Part shown: in pieces, positions 12,301 through 24,346 of the stretch | Numbering within the stretch: position 1 is the first letter of the stretch | Layout of the letters: every line of letters begins with the position of its first letter | Position numbers and translations under genes: made by a program | Notes under the pieces: generated by a model | Told to the model about the DNA's origin: nothing | The model's database searches: none | Seen by the model: only the letters and a program-made list of their open reading frames with translations | Assembly: GCA_010909165.1 (NCBI GenBank) | Contig: MU008171.1 | Location: 992,001-1,056,000, forward strand | Length of the DNA: 64,000 nucleotides | Direction: 5' to 3' | Source of the DNA: Anthoceros angustus | Lineage: Eukaryota; Plantae; Anthocerotophyta

Positions 12301-12790
12301 CACCCACCAGCTCTGGCCTCGAAGCTTGCTCTGGATCCTGCAGCACCGCTGACCAGGCCTTCGCAGCAAATTCTAACGTGCCTTCATTAGCATTCCTACA
12401 GTCCAGCAGATACCCCAACTCCCAAGTCTGGATCGGCTGCTTTGAAAGATCCAAAGGATACAAGCTTGACATTCCAACCGGAAGCGGAATCACAACATGC
12501 ACACGCCCGTGCGGTCCTTACAGAACCGCGTTATCCTCATCAAGCGTGAGCGGCGAATCGAAAAGCATCCTCCTCACATTCAACGCGTCTTGATGCAGGC
12601 GGAAGGTGAGTAGACACCCATGGCGGGCGTCTCCCTCCGAACTCCCGAAGTTTGGTTTGCCATGGACCCTCCACGCCGCCCCGGTGTGAATGAAGAGTCT
12701 CTGCACCGCCGCTAACGCCGCACTCACGGACTGTCCGTCAAAATAAGCGGTAAGAAGGATTGTGAAAGCGGCACGTCTCGGGAGTAACCT
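9380..12790 (-). pseudogene. Long decayed ORF of unknown function inside the transposon
   Basis: ORF-track segments 12518-12859, 12098-12502, 11561-11914, 11108-11539, 10220-10516, 9893-10171 and 9380-9568 all lie in one minus frame, separated by stops. The 12.8-12.1 kb part reads as globular protein. No family was recognised. Confidence 0.45.
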
Positions 12791-12801
12791 AACAAGCGGG
12801 C

Positions 12802-13228
12802 GACCCACATCCCCATCCCACATCCCCGCACCCACATCCCACATCCCGCATCCCCACATCCCACATCCACATCATCCCCATCCCACATCCCCACATCACA
12901 TCCCCATCCCCATCCCCACATCCCCATCCCCATCCCACATCCCACATCCCCATCCCACATCCCCATCCCCATCCCCATCCCCACATCCCACATCCCCATC
13001 CCACATCCCACATCACATCCCCATCATCCCCACATCCCACATCCCCATCATCCCCATCACATCCCACATCCCACATCCCACATCCCCATCCCCACATACA
13101 TCCCCATCCCCATCCCCATCCCCATCCCACATCCCACATCCCACATCCCCATCCCACATCCCCATCCCACATCCCACATCCCCATCCCACATACCCACAT
13201 ACCCACATATACCCACATACCCACATAC
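12802..13228. repeat. (CCCCAT/CCCACAT)n microsatellite, G-rich on the minus strand
   Basis: Directly visible low-complexity tract. Confidence 0.95.
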
Positions 13229-13284
13229 CCTGATTTATCAAACTTGAGCTCCCACTCCCGACGCACATCTATTAGGGTACAATA

Positions 13285-13830
13285 TACAAAGCGGCGTTAT
13301 AGCACAATTTGGGTCACAAGTCTTTAGAGCCAAAACATTTTTGAAGCATGACCTTGCAAATCTATAGTGTGACAACATAGTCTAGTAAACTCGGCACCCG
13401 AAGCAGGTGACAACATAGCAGATAAACGCGGCCCCGGGCAATGTGAAAATAGAAACCTTGGGGCACGGCGACTTGCATTAATTGTTGTCCTCCTCGCGAT
13501 GAGTGTTCATCCAATCGGGTTGTGCTCATCTCAAGACGCAGAATGAACATGATCTATCGAACGAAACATATATCGAAAAAGGCGTTATAGCACGAATTTG
13601 GGTCACAAGTCTTGAGCCAAAACATTTTGTGAAAGCAGTACTGACCTTGCAAAGCCTGCATGTGACAACACGGTCTAGTAAACTCGGCACCCGAAGCAGG
13701 TGACAACATAGCGGTCGATAACGCGGCCCAAAACAATGTGAAAATAGCATCCGGGCGGCGGCTTGCATTAATTCGTTCTCGCACGCGATGCAGTGTTGAT
13801 CGAATCGGGTTGTGCTCATCTCAAGACCAC
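13285..13830. repeat. Two diverged direct repeats of about 290 bp
   Basis: ggcgttatagcac..aatttgggtcacaagtc and gtctagtaaactcggcacccgaagcaggtgacaacatagc each occur twice (about 13290/13580 and 13380/13672). Confidence 0.85.
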
Positions 13831-13899
13831 ATTGATCATGAACCACGAACTATCCACGGTAAGAGTACTCACCTTCCTCGGTTGCTTTCATAGACATAG

Positions 13900-16800
13900 G
13901 CGTGACTTGTTCGGCTTGGTGGTTAGCCTATATAGTGGACTTCTCCATCGTGCCCATGTGGTGCCATTGTGAACTTGCATGTATCGAACAATTTGAGCGG
14001 CAAAATGCATTCCTCCGGATCCCAAGGCAAGCTATACAGACTCGGGCAAAATGCTTTTCCAACATATAGTATTGTCCACAACCACCTCCTCCCACTGGAA
14101 TTCTCTTTTACTCCAAGGGCAATCGAGACTCCGATGCGTGTGCTTGGCCTTAGTGCAAGTCAACGGTAAAAATCCAGCCCTTCATCTGCGAGTGCAAGAC
14201 AAGGAAGTTATCTCCAACTTCCAAGATATACGCCATCTCGAGACATCATCAACATCATCATCCTCACCGCTTCAATTGTTGGAAGTGCACGATCGGCAAT
14301 CATCGGTCGAGGACTTGGTCAACCGCTTGTCGTGTTTATGCGGGGCCGGCTGTCCATGAGGTGTGATTCGACCGACCTCCAAAAGCGATGAGGCACCATT
14401 TCACACGAATGGTTGCTCTCCATACACTCGCGAAACATGCAAGGCTCCGCATTCGCAATTGCGTGGGGTCATGCATGTCACAACCATACTGTGTGCATTT
14501 GCTTGGATCGTGTGGGGTCACAACCAAATTTGTTTGTTGGTTTACCTCTGTCTTTCCAATGAGCCAAAAACTTGAACGCATGATCGGCACTTGCATAAGA
14601 TGCACAGCCGAGATGTTTCTTTGCGGTACTCCACCACATCTGCAGCATTTTCCATCCCGGCGATGGGGCGACTGCACTCGCGAGCACGCTTCAAGATGGC
14701 ACTGCACCATCGTGCTCCCCTTCCCGTGCCCACTTCCAAAATAAGACCAAAGCATGTTACACCCACCTGTGATGCTAGGATACCGAGCAATGAAGTAGCT
14801 AGGGCGACACGCTTTGAATTGGCTAGCCCCATCGGCCGGCGTGTTCTCGAGGTTGAGGGAATCCGCATCCGCATCCGCCACTTTAGCAAGCAGTGTTGCA
14901 CAAATAGAGTGTCATGGACCATGTCATCGCTAATATAAAAGTGATAGTACTTCTCAATTGATGCGCGGTCCTCTGCATCAACAGGCCATTGCGCTGTAAA
15001 AACCAACACCAAAATAGTAACACTGGTTACGCGATTGCATGGATTGAATCTCATTCGGACCCCAAATGCATAGTTCGAGCAAAATCGAGCACGAAACCAC
15101 AACATCCTGTGGGAACCATTCGAGACAATGTCGAACTCTATCCCCACACACTGGATGTAATCATGAAACAGAAACTCCTTCAGCCTTACCTTCAGATACT
15201 CCACAAACACGGAAGGATGTGTTTCCCTAAACACTAGTTTGATCCTTTTCTTGTCGTTGCCATCAGCATCCTTTCCGACTACCTGATATTGAAAACAGCG
15301 CCACTTAAGAACAGCATTTGCCTGAATATCCAAACATGTCTCTGAAGGGCAGAAGGGAAGTGTGTTGACACCACACCTGTCACATGTTCCTAGCAAGCAT
15401 GCCAGGGAATGCCAGGCAGCATCCTCACCCTTTGCACAAAGAACACGCTCACATAGTGTCCTGACTGAAGCCAAACAAGTGGAGGCAGCGTTACAATGAA
15501 GCTCTTCTGAGCCAAAAGGATGAGCACACACCAGACAGGAACAATGACACTGGCCACGGGGGTGAACCCTGGAGACTGTGCCCCGGAGGTTATTGAAGGC
15601 ATCTTTAAGGAATGCCATTTCCACATGGTAATGCAAGCGGTGATTGCGCTCTTGCAAGCTCTTAACAAAGAACGGCTTCAACTTCTCGAATGACCGTTGC
15701 CCAACTTGTATTTCCGGGTGTTCTTGACAGAAGCGAAGGTAGAACTCCGTCTGCACATGTCACAGAAGAACACACCAATCAGCCTAAGAAACCTTGCTGG
15801 TAAAAGCAACACCAAACCCACAATGGAGGCCACATGGAGTCGCAGATCATATGTGAGCATAGGACATTGGGGTCAAACATGCAAGCTTGGGTCCCAGCTG
15901 ACGTAACCAGCACAAACATGTAACACACTCGGCCCAAATTTGTCTGTTTGGCGATAGCAGTCACCACTTAGTTGCCCAATAGGAAGACACCCTACGGTTG
16001 TATGAGGAAGGAAACACAAGCGGGTTAGAAGGACCCCAAGACACCTTCGGATCGGCAACAACCTAGACACAAATCTGAAACCTAGCAAGTCGACAATTCC
16101 ACATACATGACATGTCCGAAAGTGCGTGATATGTTTGATGAACGTTTTGCTATTCGCAACCGCTTGGTATCTTTTGTGTTGGATGAAGGACGGAAGTCGA
16201 TTCCCAAAAGTGGACGATGGTGGCCTTAACATGTGGCGAAAGGATGTCGATCTTGATCTCCTTCCATCACCCAACCAGATCTCACGAGGCATGCCCTCCC
16301 CTTGTGCTTAGGGCTCGATGGATCGCCTCCTGCGACTCCAATGTGGTGGGAAAGCGTAGCAACAAGGTGATTGTCTTGGAGATCTTGAGATAAAATGACG
16401 TTGAGCAGGTGTTCCTTGCTCAAAATGGTCTCCAACTTGAACGCCTTCAAGTTTGTGCAAGCCTCACGCACATTCTTCAACAACAATGCTCCTAGTTGGA
16501 TCTCTTTTGCATCCTTTGTAGCCCCTGGCCTATACAACTTGAGAAGTGGTAGGTGACTAAACACCTCCAAGATGTCTCTCGACTTTCTGCGTGTATGCGG
16601 TAAGGCATAAAAGCGATTGGCTAGTGTACGAGCCACTTCTTGTTTGACGCAGCATTCCCTAATACAATTGGCTGCAAGAGCCACGCCGCTCTCTATGCTT
16701 CACGGGCTGTTGATGTTTTGACGCCTCTCCTTCAACTCTCCCGGAAGGAGCATCCTCCCTACTCTCCTTGGCTGGAGGCGTGACTCCTCGTAACATCGCC

Positions 16801-16950
16801 TCCTCCACCTCAGATGATGTATCCTACCTTCTTCTTCCCACACTGGACACCACTTCACGTGAAGCACCTTGGTATTAGTGCTTCCACGCCGTTCGGCGGC
16901 GTTTGGCTGCGCCCATCGACTCCGTTGTTGGGAAGGTGACCGAGCCATAG
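13900..16950 (-). pseudogene. DDD/E transposase with Sola-type motif layout, frameshifted
   Basis: Across frameshifts it reads QVGQRSFEKLKPFFV, a Cys-rich block (CHCSCLVC, CERVLC, CLLGTCDRCG), DFA(E)NYAF near 15075, ISDDMVHD, DGASQFK near 14820, WSYFGSGHGKG(E)HDGA near 14710, and a C-terminal LEVGDNFLV domain. Confidence 0.75.
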
Positions 16951-17577
16951 CACCGTCCCAAAACAGCCAAGGGTTTGCGACACCACCTCCAACGCCACGG
17001 CACTATCCACCGTGTTGAAGCGGCACACCGCCCCGCACTATCCACCAACCCGGTAGCCGCGGACCTGCAACTTAGCGCCGTCCGAACTGATCCGCTCCTT
17101 CCACCACGTCCTCCACATGTAGCCACGGAGCTTGTCACGATTACGGCATAGCCAGAGTTCAAGTTTGAGCTCCGGAGCTTGTCACGACACCTAGCCTAGA
17201 GTTCAAGATGAGCTCTCGGTACCTAGGTCATTTACCCGGCTAAAGCGGTATGCACGTACTCGATCCCTTTGCACCACAGCAAATGATATTCTATGTTGAT
17301 TATTAAACTCGGAGCATTTTGGTAGCGTTGGCGGGCCGTTCTGGGCCACGAGTTCGTGAAATGAAGCGGCAAAAGGCCGACTATGTGGGGACATTGTCCT
17401 TAAAACTGAATTTTTAAAGCATATTTTAATATACCATTCTTTATTAAATTTTAATCCTAGATAAAAATAGACATGACTATAACATGTAAAAAAATCAGAT
17501 AAATTGGAAAAGAAATGAATTTTTCATAATTGTAAACATTGCGTGAGGACAAATTAAGAGCGTTTCAACCGTTTCTA

Positions 17578-17609
17578 ACTAAAGTGAGCACCCAACCATG
17601 CTTATACCC
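17578..17609 (-). repeat. Right TIR of the Sola-like element
   Basis: Reverse complement reads gggtataagcatggttgggtgctcactttagt and is followed by the ATGC duplication. Confidence 0.8.
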
Positions 17610-17613
17610 ATGC

Positions 17614-20110
17614 ACATGTACCTAACGCTACTAGGACCAAGCTCGACGATCGGGCCAGCAAACACATCTTTATTGGCTTCACCAACGGCGTGAAGGGGTT
17701 CAAAATTATGCACCCGCAGACTCACAAGGTCACACATTCACGAGATGTCACCTTCCGAAGATATGCGGTCTCGGTGCAGTGGGAGCATCCAACTGAATGA
17801 AAGTCAATGTCGACGAGGACATCTCCATGGGCACGGCTCCCCCACACAGCCCACAACAGCCATCGAGCACAAAATGTTCCACAGCCTGACGCCCAGAGTT
17901 CCCAATCTTCCTCACCAACCTGTACCTGCAGAATCTTTCACCTTCGGCGATTTTGATGAGGAGGAGCTCGCCTCCTCACTCAGCGATGCAAAGGCGCCTG
18001 GGCCCAGCCGCCGCCCCACTGCAGGAGGAGACAGCAGCGAGGAGGACGACCCCCTCGGCATTGCAAGCAGCCCGGAGGACGCCAGCCACGCTGCAGACCT
18101 GGCTGCCCGACGCAGCACACACAACACACGAGGTGCGCGAGGGCGCCGCAGCCTCAAGCGCCCGACAGCAGAACATCAGCGCCTACTGCAGTTCGCAGGG
18201 CGGCCATCAAGATCTCGCCACACTCAAGACATCATCATCCGGGACGGCGCTTCCTCGCGCCTCTTGCAGAAGAATAAGACAACCAAGACCCGTCCACATC
18301 CTCACCGGCCATTTCCAGCACATACACCTCGGCCTTCATCCTCGCAGACGTGAGATGGATGATCTTCCCGCCTCAAGGCGAGGTATTCCGTGCTCGCAAC
18401 GGCGCCAATTTGCCACACAACTTACGGGATGAGGATATGGCTATACATGCGGATGAGGATGTGACTACACATGCGGATGGCAACATCACAGGGCCCGGCA
18501 GGCGATCACAGCGTACAAGTGCAGGTACCATACGAAGGTATTCTCCATCTAATTGGAGGGACCCTAAAATGAATTTAGCTTATTGCCTATCTACGGCTAT
18601 TGATCAATTTGTTCCTGCTAATTATCGTGAGGCTATTACATGTCCCGAAAGGGAAAATTGGAAAATTGCTATTAAATCAGAACTAGACTCACTCAAGACT
18701 AACAAAACTTGGACTCTTACCACATTACCCCCAGACAGAAAATTAGTGGGCTCAAAATGGACATTTAAAATCAAGCTAAATGCTGACGGCAGCATAGAGA
18801 GGTATAAGGCTAGCTTAGTTGCTAAGGGCTATTCTCAGCTTCATGGGTTTGATTATGATGAAACTTTCAGCCCGGTACTCAAGATTACCTCACTAAGGAC
18901 CCTCATAGCATTAGCCTCTCACCATGATTATGAGCTAATGCAACTTGATATTAAAACGGCTTTCTTGTACGGCGACCTACAACACACAATATATATGATA
19001 ATACCCGAGGGAATTAAGGTCAACCGACGATTATATAATGCATGCAAATTATTGAAAGCACTTTATGGACTTAAATAGAGTGCTATGGAATGGTACTCTA
19101 AGCTGGATGAAACCCTAGAGGCATTAGGGTTTACCAAACTAGACTCTGACAGCAACATCTATATAAGAAGATCAGATGGTTGCTTTATATTACTTTGGTC
19201 AGATATGTAGATGATATTGTTTTGATGTCTAACTCTAAGCCCATGCTAGAAGAAACCAGTTAATGCTTTCCAAGCGTTTTGCCATGACTACTTGCAGGAC
19301 TTATCTTATTGTTTAGGCATTGAGATAGTTAGACATAGAGAGTCTAGAAGTATATTCATACACCAATCAAGTATATTCAAGAAGTTTTAACTAAGTACAA
19401 GATGCAAGACTCTAAGCCCATATCGACACCTATGGAAGTTAATCTTAAGCTTATTAAGGCGGATCTAGACTCGGCTCGGATCCGGATATGAACGAGGTAC
19501 CCTACTCTTGAGCAGTCGGGAGCCTCATGTATTTAATGGTGCACGCACGGATCTTGCTTTTCGTGGGAGCACTCTCCCGCTTCTATCTTCTCCGGCAGTG
19601 AGCACCGGAAGGCCATCAAGAGGATTTTCCGGTATCTCGATCCACATCGACAGGACTCCTTTATCAATCACCCACTAAGCGAGGTGACCCTCTCCAGCTC
19701 GTGGGATATAGTGACCCGGGCCGGAGACAAGGCTGAAGAGTACAATGCCACGATACCGCTGAGGGATACCTAGATGAACAAAGTGTTATTGCCTTAAGCT
19801 CCATCAATCGAATATTGTTCCTTAACACATGCTTGCAAGGAGGGTTATGGCAACTCCTTGCATTCTAACTTAGGAGAAACCCAGATTTGCCAAGACCTCT
19901 CTATTGTGACAATCAAGGCGCTATATCGCACATACAGCTCCAAGTACACCAAGCACATCAAGTGCAATTTCATTTTATTCGAAAGGTGGTCAAGGATGGT
20001 AAATTTGAAGTTTTATATTGGCCGACGGAGCAGATGACGGCCGACATCCCGACCAAGGCACTCAGCTCAGCAAGCACCTGTGCATCTATGGGTTTGAGAA
20101 AATTATCAGA
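17614..20110 (+). pseudogene. copia-A 3' half: integrase tail, reverse transcriptase, RNase H
   Basis: HVPNATRTKLDDRASKHIFIGF..SRDVTF, then NWKIAIKSELDSL, KWTFKIKLNADGSIERYKASLVAKGYSQ, LLKALYGLK, YVDDI (about 19205) and YCDNQGAI. Confidence 0.9.
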
Positions 20111-20188
20111 TACTGTTAATAAGAGTTAAGAGTTAGCAAAGACTAGCATCATAGATTAAGCACCTAATGCTCGCACACTAAGTGGGAG

Positions 20189-20368
20189 TGTTAAAATAGA
20201 CATGTCTAGTATGCTTACATTAGGGCACGCTTCAGTTCGTGAAGCGAAACGCGTTCTTCAGGCTACGAGACCGTTACCACCTCGTACCGCTTCGTCTCAG
20301 ATAAGAACCGTCTGTACATTCCATGAGCGCAATGCAATTCTGAATGATCCATGAATTATCTCATATCA
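20189..20368 (+). repeat. copia-A 3' LTR (180 bp, TG...CA) preceded by PPT aagtgggag
   Basis: PPT at 20180-20188, start TGTTAA, end ...tatCA. The sequence after it is homologous to host flank at about 60210. It resembles the LTR at 48210-48407. Confidence 0.7.
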
Positions 20369-20831
20369 TGCTTCACGAAAGGATCATGACTTCACATGTC
20401 CGGAGGGAGGCATCTATCCTAAGCATTGCAGAACCGGACACAATGAGCGCCCAGCCGATCCTCGCTCAAGGGCCGGGCCTCCCAAGAGCCTTGTCATTAA
20501 TATTGTTGCTCTCCTAGATGGAGCAATGCGGAGCAAAGCGTCACAGGCAATGGATTGGGAAAGTGTGAATGGGAACTGGTGAAAATGGTCCTGATTGGGC
20601 CTTGTTTTCAAAATGTTGACCTCACTACATTCCGGCGGTCTCCAAGGCTGCTCATTCATAGCAACACTAAGCAATCGAATTGAATAGACACGCCTTGAGT
20701 GCCCACTCATAAAAGCAGAAAAAAATTGCACAAGCATGGTGCGTGTCTGCGCACACGCAAACACGATGGTTTGCATGCTCGCATATTCTGTGATTGAGTC
20801 GTGCTATCTGCTACCACTCGGCCGAGATGGC

Positions 20832-22484
20832 TCGGAAGTCGGTTGTGGTGTCTGGCGGGGATGCGGCCCAGAGCCGGATGTCTGCAGAACTGGGCGTGGT
20901 AGTCGTCTGGTCTTGCGGATTTTGCAAAGCCTTGGGTGGGTAGTTCGGGCCACACCTAGCAGGGAGGGCGGTGGAGCAGAGCTTGTGAATCCAATGCATA
21001 GTGCACGCACCAGCGGTTGTACGGATGAGCATGGCGGTGGAAGATGGGAACTCAATTCGCAAGCTTGCAAACCCTATCAAAAGAGTCTCAACTGCAAACT
21101 TGCTAGTCTCTGCGAGCGTACCAAGGAGCGAGGTTCTCGCTGTTGAGTGAGGAAATGAACTGCATCCTCGGTTCCCACATTCAACTCAAAATGCAGCAAT
21201 CCACGAGGGAAGACGATCACGTCACCGGTGTGAGGATGTAGATATGCGCAGCTCTCGCCACACACATTCATTCACCATCCTCATCGGGGAGCGGTGGAAT
21301 TCAATTTGGTGCGCGCACAAATTGGATTGCTCATCGACAAACTCAATGCCTAAATGCTCACAACAACGCCTACCATTGGTGTCAACAAAGCCAGCCTGGA
21401 GTGGCCCGCCCGAGCAACATGGTAAGGACCTCCGTTGCCCTCGGTGCGGCAAGTTCTCACCGCACGGGAACAACTTGAATCTCACAACCGTGATTCCTCG
21501 TGACCGATTCACCCAAATTCCGATCAAATTCAGTATGTGGTTTCGCAGTCTGCCACGCATCGCTTGCGCTGCGCATCGCCATCGCCATCACCGCCATCGC
21601 CATCGCCATCGCCATCGCTACCGCTATCGCCATCGCCATCGCCATCGCTACGCTGCGCCATCGCCATCGCCATCGCCATCGCCACTGCCATCGCCATCGC
21701 TGCCATCGCCATCGCCATCGCCATCGCCATCGCCATCGCCATCGCCATCGCCATCGCTACGCTTACCGCCATCGCCATCGCCATCGCTACCGCCATCGCC
21801 ATCGCTTATCGCCATCGCCATCGCCATCGCCATCGCCATCGCCATCGCCATCGCCATCGCCATCGCCATCGCCATCGCCATCGCCATCGCCATCGCTGCC
21901 ATCACGCCATCGCCATCGCTATCGCCATCGCCATCGCTATCGCCATCGCCATCGCCATCGCCATCGCCATCGCCATCGCTATCGCCATCGCCATCGCTAT
22001 CGCCATCGCCATCGCCATCGCCATCGCCATCGCCATCGCCATCGCCATCGCCATCGCTATCGCCATCGCCATCGCCATCGCCATCGCCATCGCCATCGCC
22101 ATCGCCATCGCCATCGCCATCGCCATCGCCATCGCCATCGCCATCGCCATCGCCATCGCCATCGCGCACGCTGCGCATCGCCATCGCCATCGCCATCGCC
22201 ATCGCCATCGCCATCGCCATCGCCATCGCCATCGCCATCGCCATCGCTATCGCCATCGCGCTGCGCTGCGCCATCGCTTCGCGCGCAAAGAACTCACTTG
22301 AGGGCGGGAACTTGGCGGGAGGTCACCGGATGCCGCCCGGTCCTGACGCCGTTGTTTTGAACACGTCGCGAGAAACAAACTCCTCCACGCCACGAAGTCG
22401 GTGAGAGGATCGGGATCGGGCGCCTGGCAGGCACGCGAGCGTAAAGCAACCAGCCCGGAGGAGCGGGCGGCACCGGGGCGCCAT
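20832..22484 (-). pseudogene. Germin-like protein copy A (four exons, many indels), intron 1 expanded by a microsatellite
   Basis: [51 protein letters not shown]. Colinear with the cleaner copy at 61894-62983. Confidence 0.8.
21575..22262. repeat. (CGCCAT)n hexanucleotide microsatellite in germin intron 1
   Basis: Directly visible. It lies between exon 1 (ends ...gccctcaa|gtgag on minus) and exon 2. Confidence 0.95.
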
Positions 22485-22579
22485 TCCTTCAATTGTCCGA
22501 TTGAAGCTTGAGGTGTGCAGTGGCTCTTCTCATCTCAAAGCGCACACTTGCAATGCGCAGCTGCCCTCGAATCGACGCC

Positions 22580-24129
22580 TCTTGCGGATTTTGCAAAGCC
22601 TTGGGTGGCAGTTCAGGCCACCAAATAAGGGAGGGCGGTGGAACAGAGCTTGAGCCGCAATGCATAGTGCACGCACTGCGGTTAGCGGATGAGCATGGCG
22701 GTGGAAGATGGGAACTCCAATTCGCAAGCTTGCAAACCCTATCAAAAGAGTCTCATGCAAACTTGCTAGTCTCGCGAACGTACCAAGGAGCCAGGTTCTC
22801 ATTGAGTGAGGAAATGAACTGCATCCTCGGTTCCACATTCAACTCAAAATGCAATCCACGAGGGAAGGATCACGTCACCGGTGTGAGGATGTAGATATGC
22901 GCACCGCCACACATTCATTCACCATCCTCATCAGAGCGGTGGGAATTCAATTTGGTGCGCGACAAATTGGATTGCTCATCGACAAACTCAATGCCTAAAT
23001 GCTCACAACAACGCCTACCATTGGTGTCAACAAAGCCAGCCTGGTGGCCCGCCCGACAACATGGTAAGGACCTCCGCTGTTGCCCTCGGTGCGGCAAGTT
23101 CTCACCGCACGGGAACAACTTGAATCTCACAACCGTGATTCCCGTGACTGCATTCACCCAAATTCCGATCAAATTGAGCATGGTTTCGCATCAGTCTGGC
23201 TATCGCTATCGCCATCGCTATCGCCATCGCCATTCTGCATCGCCATCGCCACGCTCGCCATCGCCATGCGCTTATCGCCATCGCCATCGCTTCGCGCATC
23301 GCGCTCGCCACGCCATCGCCATCGCGCATCGCCATCGCCATCGCTACGCTGCGCATACGCCATCGCTGCATCGCCATCGCCATCGCCGCGCATACGCTCG
23401 CCATCGCCATCGCCATCGCGCTCGCCATCGCCATACGCTGCCATGCGCTTCGCTACGCTCGCCATCGCCATCGCCATCGCCATCGCGCTCGCGCCATCGC
23501 CATCGCTACGCGCCATCGCCATCGCCATCGCCATCGCTATCGCTATCGCCATCGCCATCGCCATCGCCATCGCGCTGCGCTCGCTACGCCATCGCCACGC
23601 TCGCCATCGCCATCGCCATCGCTACGCCATCGCGCATCGCCATCGCCATCGCCATCGCTGCGCTATCGCCATCGCTATCGCCATCGCTCGCGCTGCGCTA
23701 CGCCATCGCGCATCGCTACGCTGCCATCGCTACGCGCTGCGCCATCGCGCTACATCGCCATCGCTGCGCATCGCCATCGCCATCGCGCTACGCCATCGCC
23801 ATCGCCACGCCATCGCCATCGCCATCGCCATCGCTTCGCGCATCGCCATCGCCATCGCCATCGCCATCGCTGCGCATCGCCATACGCTTCATCGCTATCG
23901 CCATCGCCATCGCGCCGGGCGCTGGCGGCAAACTCACTTGAGGGCGGGAACTTGGCGGGAGGTCACCGGATGCCGCCCGGTCCTGACGCCGTTGTTTTGA
24001 ACACGTCGCGAGAAACAAACTCCTCCACGCCTTCGAAGTCGGTGAGAGGATCGGGATCGAGCGCACGCCGGGAGCAATCGCGAGGCGTAAAGCAACCAGC
24101 CCGGAGGAGCAGGCGGCACCGGACGCCAT
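22580..24129 (-). pseudogene. Germin-like protein copy B, tandem duplicate of A with truncated last exon
   Basis: Same exons and intronic microsatellite. Unit 22575-24235 repeats 20925-22575, and exon 4 is cut at the junction. Confidence 0.75.
23200..23915. repeat. Degenerate (CGCCAT)n microsatellite in intron 1 of copy B
   Basis: Directly visible, and more interrupted than the tract in copy A. Confidence 0.9.
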
Positions 24130-24337
24130 TCCTTCAATTGTCCAGTTGAAGCTTGAGGTGTCGCAGCTCTTCTACTACTGTCTCTCAACCGCACACTTGC
24201 AATGCGCAGCTGCCCTCGAATCGACGCCTCTTGCAGATGAAACCGCCTCAAATTCCGAGTTGGGATGGGATGGCGGTCGCTCTATGGATGGGTCCAAGCT
24301 GCTTGGCTCAAGCTCCGCCAACAACAGGCTGAGCTCC

Positions 24338-24346
24338 ATTTATATA
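24338..24346 (-). promoter_or_regulatory. Putative TATA box of germin copy B
   Basis: TATATAAAT on the minus strand about 210 nt upstream of the ATG. Spacing is similar to TATAAAT at 61690 upstream of the plus-strand copy. Confidence 0.5.

Larger units (their letters stand above)
2873..17609 (-). mobile_element. 14,737-bp TIR DNA transposon, Sola-like, with cargo ORFs
   Basis: Imperfect TIRs at 2873-2905 and 17578-17609 (27/33 match, GGGT...ACCC) and a 4-bp target duplication ATGC (2869-2872, 17610-17613). Removing it restores the copia frame GSPVY-AHVPNATRTKLDDRA. It contains a DDD-type transposase. Confidence 0.85.
507..20368 (+). mobile_element. Ty1/copia LTR retrotransposon (copia-A); 5' LTR not found in window; interrupted by a 14.7-kb DNA transposon
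   Basis: Domains run in copia order: gag (FDGQQHNFPIWKFRITNILKERKLWEF), protease (WYIDSGASQHMT), pre-integrase (YLWHARLGHM), integrase (LRSDGGGEY, QQNGVSERMNRT), then after the insertion RT (YKASLVAKGYSQ, QLDIKTAFLYG), RNase H (YCDNQGAI), PPT and 3' LTR. Confidence 0.9.

Noticed and set aside
21244-22404. Long Ser-Pro, His-Arg or Ala-Ile ORFs as extensin-like or repeat proteins
   Set aside because: All frames are open only because (CGCCAT)n has no stop codons, and the tract lies in a germin intron on the opposite strand. The same holds for 22952-24000 and 12724-13268.
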